In this document: piece after piece, positions 24,465-34,939 of the stretch
Layout of the letters: every line of letters starts with the position of its first letter
How positions within the stretch are numbered: the first letter of the stretch is position 1
NCBI GenBank assembly: GCA_032718475.1
Contig: JAUCBJ010003457.1
Location: forward strand, 1 to 35,154
Source of the DNA: Nemertoderma westbladi
Taxonomy: Eukaryota > Animalia > Xenacoelomorpha
Direction: 5' to 3'
Length of the DNA: 35,154 nucleotides
Notes under the pieces: generated by a model
What the model was told of the DNA's origin: nothing
What the model saw: the letters and a program-made list of their open reading frames with translations, nothing else
Database searches by the model: none
Made by a program: the position numbers and the translations under genes

Positions 24465-25260
24465 ATCAACCTCCTCTCTGAGTCTCGAATCCACATCGGG
24501 GTTCGAAAGGAGCATTCGATATAGAAGTGACGATGACATGTAAATGTGACTCAACAGCTGTAGAAGTATCCGAAACAACGTTAGCCATTTCATCAGCCAT
24601 TTTTTCTTTCTCACCTACTGAGGTTGGACTTCCCCCACTATAAATCCTTTCGGCTTCAGTGCCAACGCATTCCAAACTGTTACCGAGTTTATTGGTATGT
24701 AATTCCTTCAGATTCTTATACTAGACATTCTAACAGTGACAAGATTCTAATAAGTATCACTGTCGGTATTTTGATGTCTGCAATAAATTGGGTTCCAAAT
24801 CTGTAATTATTGCGCAAATTAGAGAGTTTTCTGGCCAAATTATAAAATTTAGATCAGCCCTCGCCTTGCACACAACTCGAATCACTAATTGTCTATCATT
24901 AGAGAGGATTTCGTCCTTTGAAATAACTTCCCCTGGAGCCCGTAGCTTAGTGGTAGGCTACACATCGGCCGTACTTAGCATCAGCTGTTCGTCCATGGAC
25001 AAGATTATTTGATGATTAGCAAACAGTGTTTGGCGGATATTAGTGGGACAACTGTTGGATTAGAACCAGTACCGGCAGTCGAGCCTGCATTTAGAATGGC
25101 TTGAGGTATTCAACCTTTGTCCCCTGGATATCACGATTAGTTATCCAGTGAATAACTACTTTTCCCTCGAGAACCAAAATAAGAGCATTAGTGAGTTCTG
25201 TTCAAATCCAACAATGAATGTATCACCTTCTTTGGTGAATGAGTGAGTTGTCTGTTTGTT
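24465..25260 (-). pseudogene. 5' part of another PRDM9-like repeat unit
   Basis: Collinear with 27947-28740; 24885-25260 is also collinear with 18572-18960. Confidence 0.7.
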
Positions 25261-25261
25261 A

Positions 25262-28200
25262 TCACTTCCTACTGAACACTGTATCTGTATGATTGTGTTT
25301 TATTTGATCACAACTGTTCATGAATAATTTACTGCAGATTCGGCAGATGAAAGGTTTTATGCCAGAGTGAACGTAGACCAGTAGACTGGTCTGTTGGCTT
25401 AAAGCTTTACTACATATAGAACAACTGTGCAGATTCTTACAAGAGTGAACCCATTCGTGGTCCAATAGCCCTTTCAAACTCTTACTGTAGCTGGTTTATC
25501 TGAACTCGATTCTTTCTTGGGACCAGTAGGAACGTTGGAACCCGAACCTGTTGCTGTAGAGTTGTAGTTGGGTTCATTGTGTCTCCGTTTTAAATGGGAA
25601 GCGAGAAAATATTCCACCGTGTAAACGACGTTGTGGGGCGAGCCACGAAGTGAGTGAGCCTTAGCGTAGTGGTACCATTAATCAACCTGTCGTTCTGTCG
25701 TTCTGTCGTGTTCAATTTTAAACAATCTTTGATGAAATCTATCCAAACTTGGTACACATGTTGTTTGGCAAAAGTTTAGGAATTTTCCAAGTAGAATTTC
25801 CGTGTGGCCTTCGAGAAGCTAAGATAATAGCAGTTAATTAGTTAATTAAGTTGATTGCGGTGAAAACGCCATTTTCAACCTGCCTTTTAAAGGAAATTAA
25901 TTGTTTTACAGTATAAGATTTAAATAATTATACTTAAAAATTATACAGATATAATCCCCATACGCCATTCTATTATAGTTTTTAATTAGTTTAAGTGATT
26001 TGCTTTAATAAATGTGTCTTTAATTGATCTAAACGTAATTAAACCGCACAATTATTGAGTACAAATTTAATCCTTCCCATTATTGGTCAAGTCTCTGCTG
26101 GTGTGGAGCTAGCTGCTGGGAGTTGTGGCTGTAGACTAACCTGAGAGGAATTGTAATAGAGGCAACCAGTATTGCTATTCCAGCCCAATCACTGAATTGT
26201 GTTTATTATAGGCTGGACGGGCCGCATAACCGTTCGACTATTACTACTATTGCTATCTCAGTTAAATGACAGATATAATAACATAAATACAATCCATGGC
26301 ATGGCTGTTGTAGGCTTCTGAAATAGTTTATTCCACAATGTATATGTCTGGTTATTTTTTAATTGAATTTTTGCAAAGTAGTAAAATTAATGTTCTTAAA
26401 AATAATATTATTATTTTATATGTAACCTAGGAAATTAGCTACATTTTTTCGCTGCAGCTTTAAGAGTGTACATTGATTTAATATTATTTCAATACCCATA
26501 TTACTACATCGGCATAAGATGCGTTGGCGTTGTATCACACATCTCCACATATCACACATCTCCACATAGATGTATCAACAGTTACTCGCACAGTTTCGAA
26601 ACTTCGCATAGTTATAACTGTATAAAGATCGTCAGTCTGCGTTTAGGAAAAATATTTTATGACAAAACAGGACAAGAGACGAGCGCAACGAGGCATATAA
26701 TGAAGACGAGTACTGCGTTGACTAAATTATTATATAAACCACCTGGCTTCACATATTGATCGCATCCCTAGTTATTATTATTATAAAGATCGTCCTAGCT
26801 TGCGTTTAAGAAATATATTTAAATACAAAACAGGACGAACGCAAAGAGGCTTATAATGAAAACGAGTACTGCGTTTATTATATTCCTATAAACCACCTGG
26901 CTTTGCATATTTAACGTGCGATTGGAAATAAGTTCGTGCTACCCTTCCGTGGGTGGTAGATGTCGCGGTTATGTATTGGTGGTTGGGAAGGGTGGGGGGG
27001 GGGGGGGAGATTAAAAGGGGTGAACAGTGAACACGTACTGTCCACCTTTCTTTGATTGATTGGTGGTGTGGGTAAATTTCTCAAAACCTGATTTTGTGAT
27101 ACAGTCGCTGCATTTTAATTTGTATATAATAACTAGGCCTCGTGCTGCGCGAAGTCCCCACGAACGTGTAATGTTCGCAAGTGAATTTAAGTAAACTGTT
27201 ATCATGAGCTAAGTCGAATGTCTTTCTCTCAGCACATACACCGCTACTACTCCGGTATCTAAGAAGTACCTCCTGATTATCAGACTGAAAACTATCACAC
27301 CCAGTACAGAGAAACCACCCATCTTCCACAGCTTTCATCCCCTATTTCTTATTCTTCTATTGTTTAGTAATTAATCCTAATTCTTTCGCATATCCCGTTC
27401 CGTGCCAAGTAAGGAGTTCTGTACCAAGTGAGGAGTTCCGTACAAAGTAAGGAGTTCCGTACCAAGTAAGGAGTTTCATACCAGCTGAAACTGGTTTACA
27501 GACCCGATAATATATCTCATCTCCAAACTGAAACCTACAAGTAGTTTGTTCCTCTTCCCATTTGGAGCAATTTACATTGCGCACCCAATTCGACTCGAAC
27601 TCCGGTCTCCTGCTTATAGTAAAAGATTTACCCTCATCATCCAACATCTCCCAGCTGTAGCCATATACTTTCCTGGTTTCCTTGTCAATCATGAGGACCA
27701 AAGAATGTTCCTGGATTCAAATCGACCTTTAAAGACCTTTTTTTTTTATAAATTTGAGATTTCTTTATCTCCAGACATAACATAATTGTTTTGCTACCCC
27801 GGTTTCTTCCACGAGGACTGGTTTTGGTATTGGATATGAAGATAAACTCCCCATGTACCGGATACTAACACTCAGTGTATTTCTCACTGCAAAGGTCACA
27901 GAATAGAAAGTTATTAAAAATTTTATAGGGCAGTTGCATTTGGTGTAATCAACCTCCTTTCTGGGTAGTAATCCACACCACAGGGTTTGAAAGGAGCATT
28001 CGATATAGAAGTGACGATGACTTTTAAATGTGACTCAACAGCTGTAGAAGTATCCGAAACCACTTTAACCATTATTTTCATCAGCTATTTTTTCTTTCTC
28101 ACCTACTGAGGTTGTACTTCCCCACTGTAAGTCCTTTCGACTTCAGTGCCAATGCGTTCCAAACTGTTACCGAGTTTATTGGTATCTAATTCCTTTAGAT

Positions 28201-28740
28201 TCTTATACTAGACATTCTAACAGTGACAAGATTCTAACATGTGTCGATGTGTCACGGTTTTTTGATGTCTGCAGTAAATTGGGTTCAAAACAAATAACAA
28301 ATTAGATATATTAGTTTTCAGACCAAATTATTAAATTTAGATCAGCCCACACCTTGCACACAACTCGAATCACCAATTGTCTATCATTAGAGAGGATTTC
28401 GTCCTTAGTAATAACTTCCCCTGGAGACCGTAGGCCATCGGTAGGCTACACGTTGGCCGTACTTGCATCAGTTGTTAGTCCATGGACAAGATTATTTGAA
28501 GATTAGCAGTGTTTGGCGGATATTAGTGGGATGACTGCCGGACTAGAATCAGTACCAGCAGTCGAGCCTGCATTTAGAATGGCTTGAGGTATTCAACCTT
28601 TGACCCCTGGATATCACGATTAGTTATCCAGCGAATAACTACTTTTCCCTCAAGAACCAAAGTAAGAGCGTTGGTGATTTCAGTTCGAATCCAACAACGA
28701 AAGTATCTCCTTTTTGGTGAAGGAGCGAGTTGTCTGTTCA
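25262..28740 (-). pseudogene. PRDM9-like copy C (most complete), split by the insertion at 25632-27163
   Basis: LLPRKEVDY, FLFCDLCSEKY...PVHGE, GYSWEMLD...SNWVRNVNCSKWEEEQTTCRFQFGDEIYYRVCKPVSAGMKLLTWYG, post-SET FLCTGCDSF, and fingers HSGIKPFICRICSKLF; frameshifts and stops. Confidence 0.85.
25632..27163. mobile_element. Non-autonomous Helentron/Helitron-like insertion
   Basis: Interrupts AAACGACGTTGTAATGTTCGC (intact near 19310). It shows a terminal hairpin-like GAGCCACGAAGTG, a CTGTCGTT microsatellite, an internal 140-bp duplication (26621-26757, 26782-26911), and CTAG plus a hairpin at 27132-27160. Confidence 0.55.
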
Positions 28741-29005
28741 ACAATTATTATATAGGTGAATCTGCATTTACACCCCTTCCCGGATCCAATACTTATTAAT
28801 AACTTGAATCCACGTTTACACGCCTTCCTGTTTCCAGTAACATTATGTTTTTACTTCACTAATCTGGGTCCTGATCCGGATCCGGATCCAGTTTTACACC
28901 TACCCCACAATGTTTCAGTTTTATCAGATTACGCATTCTCTATATCAACAGAATCTGTATATCCGTAATTACTCAACGGATTTTCGTTCTGTTTGCAGAA
29001 TTATG

Positions 29006-29189
29006 TAGAGGAATTCCCCGCAAAAATTGTATAGACAGAATTTTGAAAAAAGTTTTCAAAAAAAGTTATGGCATTTTTTGTGTAAAAAATCGCTAAATTT
29101 TGAATTTTTTCGATTTTTCGGTATTTTTTAAACGAAAAATGCTATTTCAAAATTCTGTCTATACAATTTTTGCGGGGAATATTCCTCTA
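29006..29189. repeat. About 43-bp inverted repeat with a spacer of about 95 bp
   Basis: TAGAGGAATTCCCCGCAAAAATTGTATAGACAGAATTTTGAAA versus TTTCAAAATTCTGTCTATACAATTTTTGCGGGGAATATTCCTCTA. Confidence 0.85.
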
Positions 29190-29424
29190 GAAAAATGACA
29201 TTTAAATTTCATCCGGATAACCAAAAGTGAAAAATTTGTCAAATTTTTCAAATATAATTTACTTTTGTGGTTTTGACCTATAGGCCTATACCTATAGGCT
29301 AATTTTTGGCGCTGATTCCGAAAATGGCAAAATATTTGCACATTATTATGGGTGTTTGATGGTCTTTTTTCGTGTCAAATGTGGTGCTGCACCAAAATTA
29401 AAAAATTTGATGCCAGATGCCTGT

Positions 29425-30690
29425 CTTTCTTTTTTGATAACTCTTCAATTATCCTTCTAAGTGCCAAAATGGGCTCCATGGTCCCACGACCTTTACGGAA
29501 CCCATTCTGATTTCAACGGAGCAGTCTCTCAATGGGATCCCTGATGCGATTTAATATAATTCTATTGTATAGCTTTGCAGCAATCGAGATCAATGAGATT
29601 CCCCGAAAAGAACCATAGAGTGTTAGGTTGCCCTTCTTGGAAACTGGCACCAACTTATTTGTTATCATTTCTTGTGGGACTCTTGTTGTTCGATACATGT
29701 CTAGTTTGTCTACTATGATGGGATAGATGAGCTTTAAACACTCAGGTATTTTAAAGACCTCTGGGGGAACACCATCTACTCCACTGGCATAATTGGTCTT
29801 AATGCTCTTTGCAGCAGCCTTCACTTCTGCAAAGGAGATATCGCCAATGGGAATATCTTGGACTGGGAGTACAGACTCAGACACTTTTACTTCTATAAAG
29901 TTATCAGGCAATACCCTGTCATTATTGAGGAGCTTTTTAAAGTGGGCCTTCCAACCATTGAGGCGATCGGCTGGTGATTCAGCCTTCACCTCGGTGGTTG
30001 GTTGGCTTTTCCGCCCAGTAAGCAAGTTGATCGATTTCCATGCCTAGGATGCTTGCCTGCTGTCGTCAGCATCATTGATGGCATCAACCTGTTGGTTTAT
30101 TAGCTCCTGTAGATTAACAGAGTACTGCCTGTTCAGGGACCTAGATGCAGCCTTAGCTGCATTCTTGGCCGCTGTAGTCTGTTTGAGTCGGGACTCTTTC
30201 TGCGCCTTAAAGAGGTCATTTTGGCACTTCTGAGTTTTGTTGTCAGTCCAGGGGGCCCTTTTCCTGTTTCAAGGGTATACAGGAACTGTTTCTGCAGCTG
30301 CTAACTTAACTGCTTCTGTGAAGGCAGTATAGCCCTCACAGTGATCTGCCGCCTCAGAGGCAAGAACCTCGTACCTGTTGCTCAGCTGTAGTGTGAAGCT
30401 GGATCTCACACTTGGCTGTTGCAACAGAGAGGACCAGTCATGCCGCGGCAAGGCAGATTTCATTGTTCTGCTAGAACGCAGACTAAGTCTTACCTTGGCC
30501 ACAATATGGCGGTGATCACTGGAGAAGGGTCGAAGTGTCGACCCTCGAAGAGTCGAGAAAAACTAAGTCAGACCCACGGGTCAAATAGGCATTGTCCATT
30601 AGTCTGTCTGTCCGGGCCCCATCCTTCTGGCTCATTGTTTGGATGTCATTTTTTCTAGAGTGACTGACTCCCTCAAATTTTTGAAAAGTT
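29425..30690 (-). mobile_element. RTE-like LINE ORF2 internal fragment (end of APE endonuclease to start of RT), degraded
   Basis: SDHRHIVAKVRLSLR, WKAHFKKLLN, ASGVDGVPPEVFK, FRGISLISIAAKLYNRIILNRI, *NQNGFRKGRGT; in-frame stops. Confidence 0.85.
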
Positions 30691-30714
30691 ATGTATGCGG
30701 TGCGAATAGTAGAT

Positions 30715-31303
30715 AAACATTTACGGGACTTCGTCGCCTCCACCCTCACGGAAGTTGCCCATAATGTTGTCATTGAGCCGCACCTGCAGCCAATCACTGG
30801 GAAGCATTTCGTCCTCGCGTCCACTTCCGTCGACCAGCAAGCTCGGCTGGACGTTTCGGTTTCCGGTTTCTGGGGGTATCGCTATCAGAAGATGTATATC
30901 GACGTCTCCGTTTTCAACCCCCTTGCCCCGACGAACGCAGCTATGAATCTTGACGCCGCCCATCTGTTCCACGAAAATCGGAAGCGCAATAAGTATCTCG
31001 AACGGTCCGAGAGGTTGAGCACGCTACATTTACGCCGCTCGTCTTCTCCGCGTTAGGGGGTACTTCACCTTCCTCTACGCTGTTCGTGAAGCAACTCGCT
31101 TCAAAGTTGTCGGAGCGCTGCGAGATACGGTACAGTGACGGCATGAATTGGGTTCGGCGAGAACTGAACTTGGCACTGCTGCGGGCCTCCCTTATGTGTG
31201 TACGCGGGTCCCCGGTCCAGGTCAGCCCGGAAGCGCCCTGTCCAGTCCAAGCCATGGTCGAAGCGTCCATCCGTCTGGTCAATGCGGACACAAGCCTAAC
31301 TTG
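30715..31303 (+). mobile_element. 3' fragment of a CRE-like non-LTR retrotransposon (restriction-like endonuclease), one frameshift near 31005
   Basis: VVIEPHLQPITG...ARLDVSVSGFWG...YIDVSVFNPLAPTN...HENRKRNKY then EVEHATFTPLVFSALGG...LLRASLMCVRGS, which is the RLE pattern of CRE-clade elements. Confidence 0.8.
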
Positions 31304-31580
31304 AAGGGAGACAAGACAGACAGCAAACTGAAGGGACATGCAATCAGATATTTAAATTTCCCTCGCCCTTTGTTTTTTACGGTTAATTAATACATTTGTA
31401 TATGCAAATATTTTAGTTAGGTGGTGGGTTTCTCATATTATTGAATAATAATAAATTAATCACGTTCAGTGAAAAAAAAAAAAGATAAACATTTACAAAG
31501 TTTTGATAATAGCACGTAGGGGTGGCTTTTATAGCACCATCACAGTTTCAGTGTTTCAACACTTTGAGGATAATGCCTAT

Positions 31581-31846
31581 TTTCAGGTCCGCGTAGCGAG
31601 ACCTCTAGTAGTCACTCCGTTGTTGTTGTTTGTGTTGTTGTAACTTCTTGTTAAGTATTGGTATTAGGGAGGCCCCAGTACCTAAGTTGGTAGAACGTGG
31701 GACTTGGGCTCTCTACATAAGTACCGAGTTCAAACCCCCCATTCCGGTGAATGTTTTTGTTGTTGTAAGATTGGTAGTAAGCCATATAAGGAGACAGTTC
31801 ATGCGTTTGTTAGCGGCGCGGACCTTTGCGCGATTTCGCGCTTGTT
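31581..31846 (+). mobile_element. Small Helentron-associated (HINE/DINE-like) element carrying a tRNA-like cassette
   Basis: 5' AGGTCCGCG with hairpin AGGTC...GACCT, (GTT)n microsatellite, inverted CGCGGACCT at 31817-31825, 3' hairpin GCGCGATTTCGCGC then TTGTT; tRNA-like segment at about 31671-31748. Confidence 0.7.
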
Positions 31847-32033
31847 ATGTACAAAAACGAGTATGGTAAGGTTCTCAGGCATGTTGATATGCACTGCGCA
31901 TCATGTATTATGCAGATAAAATTTTCCGAAGATCAGTGTTTTTATCTCTTAAGTTAAAGGTTTTTTAAGTTACTGATAATTGATGAATTCCATGGGTTAC
32001 TTTCCATAAATAAATATTTTCTTGTGATTTGTA

Positions 32034-34163
32034 ATGTATGATAGTTGTCTAGACACTCTGTACTCTCATTTAGAACTTGCATGCAACGGTAACGTTCCGG
32101 CTCGTAAACGGCCAAAAGTATTTATCCCACGTATACGACGTATCCTGTACAAGAAAAGGAAAATCCTCACCAAACGAATATCAAACACAACCTCTCGAAC
32201 CAATCTTAATAAGTTGGAGGCAGAAATCAAGCAAATCGAAATAGACCTCTATCAAACGCGCGATGATGAAAGGAGGTTGGAGGAAAAAGATGCCGTATCT
32301 AAAATTAAGTCGAACCCCAAATACTTCTTCTCATATGCCAACCGAAAGCGCAAAGACAGAGTTGGTGTTGGACCACTAATTGTGAATGGCGAATTAGTCT
32401 CTGACAATAAAGGAATGTGTGAGGCACTACAGAATCAATATGTCTCTATGTTTTCGACTCCAGTGGCGGATCCAGTTGTTCCAGACCCGATACTCACAAC
32501 AGATGGTGATGTGCGTCTCGGTCAAATCAAACTGACAACGAATCTCATCGGGAAAGCGATTGATGAACTACGATCAAACTCCGCTGCTGGCCCTGATGGA
32601 GTCCCATCACTTTTATTAAAGAAATGCAAAGAAGAACTTCTTAAACCACTCTTCGTCATCTTTGATAAATCCTTGTCATCCGGGGCCCTACCAACATCTT
32701 TGAAATTGTGTGAAATAACGCCGATATTCAAGAAGGGCCTTCGATCAGATGCGCGCAACTACCGGCCGGTATCTTTGACTTCCCACATATCCAAAATATT
32801 AGAAAGAATTGTCCGAGATTCACTTGTAGACTACCTAGAATCCAACAACCTATTAAACAAAGGACAGCATGGCTTCCGGAGAGGTCGCTCATGCCTCTCT
32901 GAGCTCATTGACCATTACGCGAATATCATCGATCACTTATCAAAAGGAGATGGTATTGATGTAGTCTATTTGGATTTCTCCAAAGCATTTGACAAAGTGG
33001 ACCATGGTTCACTTATGCGAAAGATCCGGGCCATCGGAATTGGTGGGCAGCTCGGGTGCTGGTTGTGGAACTTTCTCTCAAACAGGAAGCAACGAGTAGT
33101 TCTGAACGGAGCGAGCTCAACCTGGAAAGACATTATAAGTGGAGTTATTCAAGGTTCGGTGCTAGGACCTCTCCTTTTTATCATTCTGATGAATGACATC
33201 GACCATAATACAACAAATAAAATAACTTCCTTTGCTGATGATACCAGGGTGTCGGGTCCAGTTACATCATCAACCACGGATAATAAAATCCAAGAAGACC
33301 TTGCCACGATATACGACTGGGCCGATAACAATGGCATGGAACTGCATGGTGATAAATTCGAGTGCCTGTGCTATACACCAACACAGAACCCCAGCCTGGA
33401 CCGGGGTGGAAACTATACGTTTATAAACAGAGACACTGGGGGTAATGAAAGTATAATAGTCAAGGAAGATGTAAAGGACCTTGGAATCAACATGAGCCAT
33501 ACTGGCAATTTCAAGATCCACATTGAAAGCACATGTCGAGATGCTAAGCAACTATGTGGCTGGATTCTACGTGTTTTCACAATACGCGACCCGTTAACAA
33601 TGAAAACACTGTTCACATCTTTAGTACGATCTAAACTCGAGTACTGTTGTCAGCTGTGGCATCCGAACAATAACATACACGAGACTCAAAGAATAGAAGA
33701 AGTACAACGATCGTTCACGAGGAGAATCCAAGGAATGAACGAGCTTAACTACTGGGAACGCCTTAAGCAATTAAAGTTAAACTCGCTGGAACGGCGCAGG
33801 GAACGCTACATCGTCATTTACATATGGAAGATATTGGAAAACCTCGTTCCCAATTTATCAAACAAACCAATCACCCTGAAATCTAGTTTGCGGCGGGGTA
33901 GAAATTGCCAGATTCCAACCTTACTACGAAATTGCAGATCAAACGTCCACAATCTGCACGAGAATAGCTTGGTGGTGACTGGACCGCAACTATTTAACTC
34001 CTTGCCAAAGGAAATACGAGACCTGACTGGCTGCAGTCTGGAAATATTTAAACTAAAATTAGATACATATCTGAGCGACATTCCAGACCAACCGGGCTGC
34101 CGGGGTTACACAGCCTGCATGAGCGTCCAGTCGAACTCTCTTTTAAGATTGAATTGTAATTAA
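32034..34163 (+). CDS. CR1-group LINE ORF2 reverse transcriptase, 5'-truncated (no endonuclease), uninterrupted 709 codons
   Basis: NYRPVSLTSHISKILE, QHGFRRGRSC, YLDFSKAFDKVDH, GVIQGSVLGPLLF, FADD, RSKLEYCCQLW, LERRRER. Confidence 0.92.
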   Translation: MYDSCLDTLYSHLELACNGNVPARKRPKVFIPRIRRILYKKRKILTKRISNTTSRTNLNKLEAEIKQIEIDLYQTRDDERRLEEKDAVSKIKSNPKYFFSYANRKRKDRVGVGPLIVNGELVSDNKGMCEALQNQYVSMFSTPVADPVVPDPILTTDGDVRLGQIKLTTNLIGKAIDELRSNSAAGPDGVPSLLLKKCKEELLKPLFVIFDKSLSSGALPTSLKLCEITPIFKKGLRSDARNYRPVSLTSHISKILERIVRDSLVDYLESNNLLNKGQHGFRRGRSCLSELIDHYANIIDHLSKGDGIDVVYLDFSKAFDKVDHGSLMRKIRAIGIGGQLGCWLWNFLSNRKQRVVLNGASSTWKDIISGVIQGSVLGPLLFIILMNDIDHNTTNKITSFADDTRVSGPVTSSTTDNKIQEDLATIYDWADNNGMELHGDKFECLCYTPTQNPSLDRGGNYTFINRDTGGNESIIVKEDVKDLGINMSHTGNFKIHIESTCRDAKQLCGWILRVFTIRDPLTMKTLFTSLVRSKLEYCCQLWHPNNNIHETQRIEEVQRSFTRRIQGMNELNYWERLKQLKLNSLERRRERYIVIYIWKILENLVPNLSNKPITLKSSLRRGRNCQIPTLLRNCRSNVHNLHENSLVVTGPQLFNSLPKEIRDLTGCSLEIFKLKLDTYLSDIPDQPGCRGYTACMSVQSNSLLRLNCN

Positions 34164-34939
34164 AACAATTTCAATCAACCTTGTTTTTTATCCGATATTT
34201 CTCTTTAAACAGAATTACAATCAATCAAATTAACATTTTTTAAGTATAATATGTATTTTATTGTATTGTATATTTTATTTGGTGCGCTCGTTGAGTTCTC
34301 CGTGGTAGAGCTGATCTTCACTTCGATAGGTAATGTCGCACACAGTTTAATGCTTGACCTATTGCAATGTATAGAGATGTGTTGCAGAATATTTTGGTGC
34401 CTCAATGGATACTTTATTGGGGAAAATAGTTCTAAAAGTGTTTCAAAATTTGTAATTTTTACACCGTTATATATATGTATTAAAACTTTAAATATCCATT
34501 GGGATCCATTGGGATTTTATGGGTTTTTCACCCAAATGCACAGAAATTTAAATTTACAGAACTTTCCTTTTTCCAAACATCCCACTAGACTGCGAGCTTG
34601 TTGCTTTTAGTTGCTTAAATGTTAATGGTCGCTAGTCTATTATTTATATTATGTACCGGTACACGTTATTCAGGGGATTTATATAACTAACAAAAACAAT
34701 TAGTTCAGATTAGGTTATGTATATTTTATATGCGACGAGTTTATATCCAATTTGATACAAGTTTTTGCGTAGCAATTTAATACTTACATCACGAAATTGT
34801 TGATCGGATTTATGATAACACGATAATGATCGGTTTATTTGGGATAGTTGGTCAAGCCAAACTATAAATTGTACTAGAGTTATAATTTATTAAATATTTT
34901 ACGTAACATCCCTAACTCATTTGGTCTCTTATCTAGTAT

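Noticed and set aside
20205-24562. 100-bp direct repeat as a TSD of the intervening block
   Set aside because: Too long and too diverged; better explained as parts of separate PRDM-like units.
26994-27008. Poly-G run (and poly-C at 1583-1601) as regulatory G-quadruplexes
   Set aside because: Simple homopolymers inside TE sequence with no supporting evidence.
28753-28904. Small element with TAGGTG...CACCTA ends and GGATCC repeats
   Set aside because: The terminal match is too short and there is no TSD; it cannot be classified.
32522-34081. Several minus-strand ORFs
   Set aside because: Antisense shadows of the RT ORF with no recognisable motifs.
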